A stretch of 9,671 nucleotides of DNA from a virus (taxonomy: Duplodnaviria; Heunggongvirae; Uroviricota; Caudoviricetes): IMG/VR virus record IMGVR_UViG_2663762926_000008. The stretch is one strand, 5' to 3'. The notes under the pieces were generated by a model. The model did not search any database. It worked only from the letters and a program-made list of their open reading frames with translations, and was not told where the DNA came from. Shown piece by piece: positions 1 through 7,839 of the stretch. The position numbers and the translations under genes are program-made. Position 1 is the first letter of the stretch. Every line of letters starts with the position of its first letter.

Positions 1-2
1 GA

Positions 3-1666
3 ATGGGTAAAGGCAGCAGTAAGGGGCATACCCCGCGCGAAGCGAAGGACAACCTGAAGTCCACGCAGCTGCTGAGTGTGATCGATGCCATCAGCGAAGG
101 GCCGGTTGAAGGTCCGGTGGATGGATTAAAAAGCGTGCTGCTGAACAGTACGCCGGTGCTGGACAGTGAGGGGAATACCAACATCTCCGGCGTCACGGTG
201 GTGTTCCGGGCAGGTGAGCAGGAGCAGTCACCGCCGGAGGGATTTGAATCCTCCGGCTCCGAGACGGTGCTGGGTACGGAAGTGAAATATGACACGCCGA
301 TCACCCGGACCATCACGTCGGCAAACATTGACCGACTGCGTTTTACCTTCGGTGTACAGGCACTGGTGGAAACCACCTCAAAGGGAGACAGGAATCCGTC
401 TGAAGTTCGCCTGCTGGTTCAGATACAGCGTAACGGTGGCTGGGTGACGGAAAAAGACATCACCATTAAGGGCAAAACCACCTCGCAGTATCTGGTCTCG
501 GTGGTGGTGGATAACCTGCCTCCGCGCCCGTTCAGTATCCGGATGCGCAGGATGACACCGGACAGCACCACAGACCAGCTGCAGAACAAAACGCTCTGGT
601 CGTCATACACCGAAATCATCGATGTGAAACAGTGCTACCCGAACACGGCACTGGTCGGCGTACAGGTGGATTCGGAGCAGTTCGGCAGCCAGCAGGTGAG
701 CCGTAATTATCATCTTCGCGGGCGCATTCTGCAGGTGCCGTCGAACTATAATCCGCAGACGCGGCAATACAGCGGTATCTGGGACGGAACGTTAAAACCG
801 GCATACAGCAACAACATGGCCTGGTGTCTGTGGGATATGCTGACCCATCCGCGCTATGGCATGGGGAAACGTCTTGGTGCGGCAGATGTGGATAAATGGG
901 CGCTGTATGTCATCGGCCAGTACTGTGACCAGTCGGTGCCGGACGGCTTTGGCAGCACGGAGCCGCGCATCACCTGTAATGCCTGGCTGACCACACAGCG
1001 CAAGGCGTGGGATGTGCTCAGTGATTTCTGCTCGGCGATGCGCTGTATGCCGGTATGGAACGGGCAGACGCTGACGTTCGTGCAGGACCGACAGTCGGAT
1101 AAGGTGTGGGCCTATAACCGCAGTAATGTGGTGATGCCGGATGATGGCGCGCCGTTCCGCTACAGTTTCAGCGCCCTGAAAGACCGCCATAATGCCGTTG
1201 AGGTGAACTGGATTGACCCGGATAACGGCTGGGAGACGGCGACAGAGCTTGTGGAGGATACGCAGGCCATTGTCCGTTACGGTCGTAACGTCACGAAGAT
1301 GGATGCCTTTGGCTGTACCAGCCGGGGGCAGGCACACCGCGCCGGGCTGTGGCTGATTAAAACGGAACTGCTGGAGACGCAGACCGTGGATTTCAGCGTG
1401 GGTGCTGAAGGGCTTCGTCATGTACCGGGCGATGTCATTGAAATCTGCGATGATGACTATGCCGGTATCCGCACCGGCGGGCGCGTGCTGGCGGTGAACA
1501 GCCAGACCCGGACGCTGACGCTCGACCGTGAAATCACGCTGCCATCCTCCGGCACCACGCTGATAAGCCTGGTTGACGGGCAGGGGAATCCGGTCAGCGT
1601 GGAGGTCCAGTCCGTCACCGACGGCGTGAAGGTAAAAGTGAGCCGTGTTCCTGACGGTGTTGCTGA
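3..1666 (+). CDS. J: Host-specificity / central tail-fibre protein J (lambda gpJ family), copy A: 5' fragment with a real ATG start, codons 1-554, truncated at the N at 1667
   Basis: ATG at 3-5; translation [34 protein letters not shown]... matches the lambda gpJ N-terminus as I recall it; frame open to 1666. The ORF-track end at 1706 is an artefact of reading through the N into frame-shifted copy B. Only 2 nt lie upstream, so no RBS is visible. Confidence 0.9.
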
Positions 1667-1667
1667 N
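1667..1667. other. Single N at the junction between J copy A and copy B (probable assembly or scaffold join)
   Basis: The sequence on the 5' side corresponds to J nucleotide about 1664; the sequence on the 3' side restarts at J nucleotide about 17. The reading frame changes across the N. Confidence 0.8.
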
Positions 1668-3333
1668 GTAAGGGGCATACCCCGCGCGAAGCGAAGGACA
1701 ACCTGAAGTCCACGCAGCTGCTGAGTGTGATCGATGCCATCAGCGAAGGGCCGGTTGAAGGTCCGGTGGATGGATTAAAAAGCGTGCTGCTGAACAGTAC
1801 GCCGGTGCTGGACAGTGAGGGGAATACCAACATCTCCGGCGTCACGGTGGTGTTCCGGGCAGGTGAGCAGGAGCAGTCACCGCCGGAGGGATTTGAATCC
1901 TCCGGCTCCGAGACGGTGCTGGGTACGGAAGTGAAATATGACACGCCGATCACCCGGACCATCACGTCGGCAAACATTGACCGACTGCGTTTTACCTTCG
2001 GTGTACAGGCACTGGTGGAAACCACCTCAAAGGGAGACAGGAATCCGTCTGAAGTTCGCCTGCTGGTTCAGATACAGCGTAACGGTGGCTGGGTGACGGA
2101 AAAAGACATCACCATTAAGGGCAAAACCACCTCGCAGTATCTGGCCTCGGTGGTGGTGGATAACCTGCCGCCGCGCCCGTTTAATATCCGGATGCGCAGA
2201 ATGACGCCGGACAGCACCACAGACCAGCTGCAGAACAAAACGCTCTGGTCGTCATACACCGAAATCATCGATGTGAAACAGTGCTACCCGAACACGGCAC
2301 TGGTCGGCGTACAGGTGGATTCGGAGCAGTTCGGCAGCCAGCAGGTGAGCCGTAATTATCATCTTCGCGGGCGCATTCTGCAGGTGCCGTCGAACTATAA
2401 TCCGCAGACGCGGCAATACAGCGGTATCTGGGACGGAACGTTAAAACCGGCATACAGCAACAACATGGCCTGGTGTCTGTGGGATATGCTGACCCACCCG
2501 CGCTACGGCATGGGGAAACGTCTTGGTGCGGCGGATGTGGACAAATGGGCGCTGTATGTCATCGGCCAGTACTGTGACCAGTCGGTGCCGGACGGCTTTG
2601 GCAGCACGGAGCCGCGCATCACCTGTAATGCCTGGCTGACCACACAGCGCAAGGCGTGGGATGTGCTCAGTGATTTCTGCTCGGCGATGCGCTGTATGCC
2701 GGTATGGAACGGGCAGACGCTGACGTTCGTGCAGGACCGACAGTCGGATAAGGTGTGGGCCTATAACCGCAGTAATGTGGTGATGCCGGATGATGGCGCG
2801 CCGTTCCGCTACAGTTTCAGCGCCCTGAAAGACCGCCATAATGCCGTTGAGGTGAACTGGATTGACCCGGATAACGGCTGGGAGACGGCGACAGAGCTTG
2901 TGGAGGATACGCAGGCCATTGTCCGTTACGGTCGTAACGTCACGAAGATGGATGCCTTTGGCTGTACCAGCCGGGGGCAGGCACACCGCGCCGGGCTGTG
3001 GCTGATTAAAACGGAACTGCTGGAGACGCAGACCGTGGATTTCAGCGTGGGTGCTGAAGGGCTTCGTCATGTACCGGGCGATGTCATTGAAATCTGCGAT
3101 GATGACTATGCCGGTATCCGCACCGGCGGGCGCGTGCTGGCGGTGAACAGCCAGACCCGGACGCTGACGCTCGACCGTGAAATCACGCTGCCATCCTCCG
3201 GCACCACGCTGATAAGCCTGGTTGACGGGCAGGGGAATCCGGTCAGCGTGGAGGTCCAGTCCGTCACCGACGGCGTGAAGGTAAAAGTGAGCCGTGTTCC
3301 TGACGGTGTTGCTGAATACAGCGTGTGGGGGCT
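1668..3333 (+). CDS. J: J protein copy B: fragment from codon 6/7 to about codon 561, truncated at both ends, a distinct allele from copy A
   Basis: Position 1668 onward re-aligns to window position 19 onward (offset 1649), in a different frame from copy A (codon starts at positions of the form 3k+2). It is nearly identical to A but with clustered substitutions, e.g. 496 t vs 2145 c (Val to Ala) and agt 534-536 vs aat 2183-2185 (Ser to Asn), plus several silent changes around 2165-2560. The ORF-track entry 1727..3397 starts at an internal GTG and ends at a stop created after the N at 3334. Confidence 0.85.
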
Positions 3334-3334
3334 N
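3334..3334. other. Single N at the junction between J copy B and copy C (probable assembly or scaffold join)
   Basis: The 5' side corresponds to window-equivalent position 1684; the 3' side restarts at the equivalent of position 35. The reading frame changes across the N. Confidence 0.8.
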
Positions 3335-6300
3335 GCGCGAAGCGAAGGACAACCTGAAGTCCACGCAGCTGCTGAGTGTGATCGATGCCATCAGTGAAGG
3401 GCCGGTTGAAGGTCCGGTGGATGGATTAAAAAGCGTGCTGCTGAACAGTACGCCGGTGCTGGACAATGAGGGGAATACCAACATCTCCGGCGTCACGGTG
3501 GTGTTCCGGGCAGGTGAGCAGGAGCAGTCACCGCCGGAGGGGTTTGAATCCTCCGGCTCCGAGACGGTGCTGGGTACGGAAGTGAAATATGACACGCCGA
3601 TCACCCGGACCATCACGTCGGCAAACATCGACCGTCTGCGCTTTACCTTCGGTGTACAGGCACTGGTGGAAACCACCTCAAAGGGAGACAGGAATCCGTC
3701 GGAAGTCCGCCTGCTGGTTCAGATACAGCGTAACGGTGGCTGGGTGACGGAAAAAGACATCACCATTAAGGGCAAAACCACCTCGCAGTATCTGGTCTCG
3801 GTGGTGGTGGATAACCTGCCTCCGCGCCCGTTCAGTATCCGGATGCGCAGGATGACACCGGACAGCACCACAGACCAGCTGCAGAACAAAACGCTCTGGT
3901 CGTCATACACCGAAATCATCGATGTGAAACAGTGCTACCCGAACACTGCACTGGTCGGCGTACAGGTGGACTCGGAGCAGTTCGGCAGCCAGCAGGTGAG
4001 TCGTAATTATCATCTTCGCGGGCGCATTCTGCAGGTGCCGTCGAACTATAACCCGCAGACGCGACAATACAGCGGTATCTGGGACGGAACGTTAAAACCA
4101 GCATACAGCAACAACATGGCCTGGTGTCTGTGGGATATGCTGACCCACCCGCGCTACGGCATGGGGAAACGTCTTGGTGCGGCGGATGTGGACAAATGGG
4201 CGCTGTATGTCATCGGCCAGTACTGCGACCAGTCAGTGCCGGACGGCTTTGGCGGCACGGAGCCGCGCATCACCTGTAATGCGTACCTGACCACACAGCG
4301 CAAGGCGTGGGATGTGCTCAGTGATTTCTGCTCGGCGATGCGCTGTATGCCGGTATGGAACGGGCAGACGCTGACGTTCGTGCAGGACCGACAGTCGGAT
4401 AAGGTGTGGGCCTATAACCGCAGTAATGTGGTGATGCCGGATGATGGCGCGCCGTTCCGCTACAGCTTCAGCGCCCTGAAAGACCGCCATAATGCCGTTG
4501 AGGTGAACTGGATTGACCCGGATAACGGCTGGGAGACGGCGACAGAGCTTGTGGAGGATACGCAGGCCATTGTCCGTTACGGTCGTAACGTCACGAAGAT
4601 GGATGCCTTTGGCTGTACCAGCCGGGGGCAGGCACACCGCGCCGGGCTGTGGCTGATTAAAACAGAACTGCTGGAAACGCAGACCGTGGACTTCAGCGTG
4701 GGCGCAGAAGGGCTTCGCCATGTGCCGGGCGATGTCATTGAAATCTGTGATGATGACTATGCGGGTATCAGCATCGGCGGGCGCGTGCTGGCGGTAAACA
4801 GCCAGACCCGGACGCTGACGCTCGACCGTGAAATCACGCTGCCATCCTCCGGCACCACGCTGATAAGCCTGGTTGACGGGCAGGGGAATCCGGTCAGCGT
4901 GGAGGTCCAGTCCGTCACCGACGGCGTGAAGGTAAAAGTGAGCCGTGTTCCTGACGGTGTTGCTGAATACAGCGTGTGGGGGCTGAAGCTGCCGACGCTG
5001 CACCAGCGATTGTTCCGCTGCGTGAGTATCCGTGAGAACGACGACGGCACGTATGCCATCACCGCCGTGCAGCATGTGCCGGAAAAAGAAGCCATCGTGG
5101 ATAACGGGGCGCACTTTGACGGCGACCAGAGCGGCACGGTGAATGGTGTCACGCCGCCAGCGGTGCAGCACCTGACTGCCGAAGTCACCGCAGACAGCGG
5201 GGAATATCAGGTGCTGGCGCGCTGGGACACGCCGAAGGTGGTGAAGGGCGTGAGCTTCCTGCTCCGTCTGACCGTAACAGCGGATGACGGCAGTGAGCGG
5301 CTGGTCAGCACGGCCCGGACGACGGAAACCACTTACCGCTTCACACAACTGGCGCTGGGGAACTACAGGCTGACAGTCCGGGCAGTAAATGCGTGGGGGC
5401 AGCAGGGCGATCCGGCGTCGGTATCGTTCCGGATTGCCGCACCGGCAGCGCTGTCGCGGATTGAGCTGACGCCGGGCTATTTTCAGATAACCGCCACGCC
5501 GCATCTTGCGGTTTATGATCCGACGGTACAGTTTGAGTTCTGGTTCTCGGAAAAGCGGATTGCGGATATCAGGCAGGTTGAAACCACAGCACGCTATCTT
5601 GGCACGGCGCTGTACTGGATAGCCGCCAGTATCAATATCAAACCGGGCCATGATTATTACTTTTATATCCGCAGTGTGAACACCGTTGGCAAATCGGCAT
5701 TCGTGGAGGCTGTTGGTCAGCCGAGTGATGATGCATCCGGTTATCTGGATTTTTTCAAAGGCGAGATAGGGAAAACCCATCTGGCTCAGGAGCTGTGGAC
5801 GCAGATTGATAACGGTCAGCTTGCGCCTGACCTGGCTGAAATCAGGACGTCCATTACGGATGTCAGCAATGAAATCACGCAGACCGTGGACTTCAGCGTG
5901 GGCGCAGAAGGGCTTCGCCATGTGCCGGGCGATGTCATTGAAATCTGTGATGATGACTATGCCGGTATCCGCACCGGCGGGCGCGTGCTGGCGGTAAACA
6001 GCCAGACCCGGACGCTGACGCTCGACCGTGAAATCACGCTGCCATCCTCCGGTACCATGCTGATAAGCCTGGTTGACGGAAGTGGCAATCCGGTCAGCGT
6101 GGAGGTTCAGTCCGTCACCGACGGCGTGAAGGTGAAAGTGAGCCGTGTTCCTGACGGCGTTGCTGAATACAGCGTGTGGGGGCTGAAGCTGCCGACGCTG
6201 CACCAGCGATTGTTCCGCTGCGTGAGTATCCGTGAGAACGACGACGGCACGTATGCCATCACCGCCGTGCAGCATGTGCCGGAAAAAGAAGCCATCGTGG

Positions 6301-7834
6301 ATAACGGGGCGCACTTTGACGGCGACCAGAGCGGCACGGTGAATGGTGTCACGCCGCCAGCGGTGCAGCACCTGACTGCCGAAGTCACCGCAGACAGCGG
6401 GGAATATCAGGTGCTGGCGCGCTGGGACACGCCGAAGGTGGTGAAGGGGGTGAGCTTTATGCTTCGCCTGACCGTGGCAGCGGATGACGGCAGTGAGCGG
6501 CTGGTCAGCACGGCCCGGACGACGGAAACCACTTACCGCTTCACACAACTGGCGCTGGGGAACTACAGGCTGACAGTCCGGGCAGTAAATGCGTGGGGGC
6601 AGCAGGGCGATCCGGCGTCGGTATCGTTCCGGATTGCCGCACCGGCAGCGCTGTCGCGGATTGAGCTGACGCCGGGCTATTTTCAGATAACCGCCACGCC
6701 GCATCTTGCGGTTTATGATCCGACGGTACAGTTTGAGTTCTGGTTCTCGGAAAAGCGGATTGCGGATATCAGGCAGGTTGAAACCACAGCACGCTATCTT
6801 GGCACGGCGCTGTACTGGATAGCCGCCAGTATCAATATCAAACCGGGCCATGATTATTACTTTTATATCCGCAGTGTGAACACCGTTGGCAAATCGGCAT
6901 TCGTGGAGGCTGTTGGTCAGCCGAGTGATGATGCATCCGGTTATCTGGATTTTTTCAAAGGCGAGATAGGGAAAACCCATCTGGCTCAGGAGCTGTGGAC
7001 GCAGATTGATAACGGTCAGCTTGCGCCTGACCTGGCTGAAATCAGGACGTCCATTACGGATGTCAGCAATGAAATCACGCAGACCGTCAATAAGAAACTG
7101 GAAGACCAGAGTGCGGCAATTCAGCAGATACAGAAGGTTCAGGTTGATACAAATAATAACCTGAACAGCATGTGGGCTGTGAAGCTGCAGCAGATGCAGG
7201 ACGGACGCCTTTATATCGCGGGTATTGGTGCCGGTATTGAGAACACCCCTGACGGCATGCAGAGTCAGGTGCTGCTGGCGGCGGACAGGATTGCGATGGT
7301 TAATCCTGCGAATGGCAACACAAAACCGATGTTTGTTGGTCAGGGCGATCAGATATTCATGAACGACGTGTTCCTGAAACGCCTGACGGCCCCCACCATT
7401 ACCAGCGGTGGAAATCCATCGGCATTTTCCCTGACTCCGGACGGAAAGCTGACCGCTAAAAATGCGGATATCAGTGGCAGTGTGAATGCGAACGCCGGGA
7501 CGCTCAACAATGTCACGGTAAATGAAAACTGTACGATTAAGGGCATGCTGGAGGCGACTCAGGTCAGAGGTGACTTCGTTAAAGCTGTATCCAAATCATT
7601 TCCGAAACAGGCTGGTACGTGGGGTAACACGGAAACACCAAACGGGACGGTTACAGTCACCATAAGCGATGATCATAACTTTGACCGCCAGATTATTATT
7701 CCGCCCATTATTTTTAACGGTATAGCGTATGACGATCCGGGGAGCGGAAATAACCCAGGAGGCACGCGATACACGGGTTATGGTTTTGAAGTTCGCAAAA
7801 ACGGCGTATTAATCGCATCCAGAGAAACTAAAGG
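3335..7834 (+). CDS. J: J protein copy C: from codon 11/12 to near the C-terminus, containing an in-frame 1200-bp tandem duplication; truncated at the 3' end by the N-run at 7835-7839
   Basis: Position 3335 onward re-aligns to window position 35 onward (offset 3300) in frame 0, with no stop until after the N-run. Allele-specific changes relative to A and B include aat 3465-3467 (Ser to Asn), ggc ggc 4251-4256 (GS to GG) and gcg tac 4281-4286 (AW to AY). It continues past where A and B stop, into a region translating as two beta-rich modules (about 5150-5730) that I read as fibronectin-III-like, then a distal module and a C-terminal region. The ORF-track boundaries 3294..7853 are artefactual at both ends. 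Confidence 0.85.
4677..5876 (+). repeat. Tandem direct repeat unit 1 (1200 bp, 400 codons, in frame) inside J copy C
   Basis: 4677-5876 aligns base-for-base with 5877-7076 at an offset of exactly 1200. I count about 20 substitutions, all between 4763 and 5277; 4677-4762 and 5278-5876 are identical between units. The unit begins with acgcagaccgt (encoding TQTV). Confidence 0.9.
5877..7087 (+). repeat. Tandem direct repeat unit 2 (5877-7076) plus the terminal 11-bp microhomology copy acgcagaccgt (7077-7087)
   Basis: Same alignment as unit 1. The 11-mer acgcagaccgt occurs at 4677-4687, 5877-5887 and 7077-7087, each time in the same codon phase (T-Q-T-V). Unique sequence resumes at 7088 (caataagaaactg...). 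Confidence 0.9.
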
Positions 7835-7839
7835 NNNNN
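7835..7839. other. Run of 5 N at the junction between J copy C (near its 3' end) and copy D (mid-gene) (probable assembly or scaffold join)
   Basis: The 5' side ends ...agagaaactaaagg, equivalent to 9592-9605 in copy D; the 3' side restarts at the equivalent of 5984 (cgtgctggcggtaaacagccag). Confidence 0.8.

Noticed and set aside
5806-5997. Short + strand ORFs (5806..5997 and 9258..9497) in alternative frames
   Set aside because: They are embedded out of frame within the J coding sequence, have no recognisable motifs and no space for independent expression signals; incidental.
4233-6980. 915-aa ORF on the minus strand, plus other long minus-strand ORFs (2441..3676, 7778..8983, 792..1421, 8983..9435, 1615..2025 and the 60-143 aa ones)
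   Set aside because: All lie antisense to the J coding frame. Their translations are Arg/His/Pro/Cys-rich low-complexity strings typical of the open antisense frame of a GC-rich gene, and the same peptides recur only because the underlying DNA is repeated. The sense-strand frame has an unambiguous known-protein reading throughout.
4677-7087. Diversity-generating retroelement (template/variable repeat pair) acting on the tail fibre
   Set aside because: The substitutions between the repeat units are not adenine-specific, the repeats are 1.2 kb and lie in the central rather than the C-terminal region, and no reverse transcriptase ORF is present.
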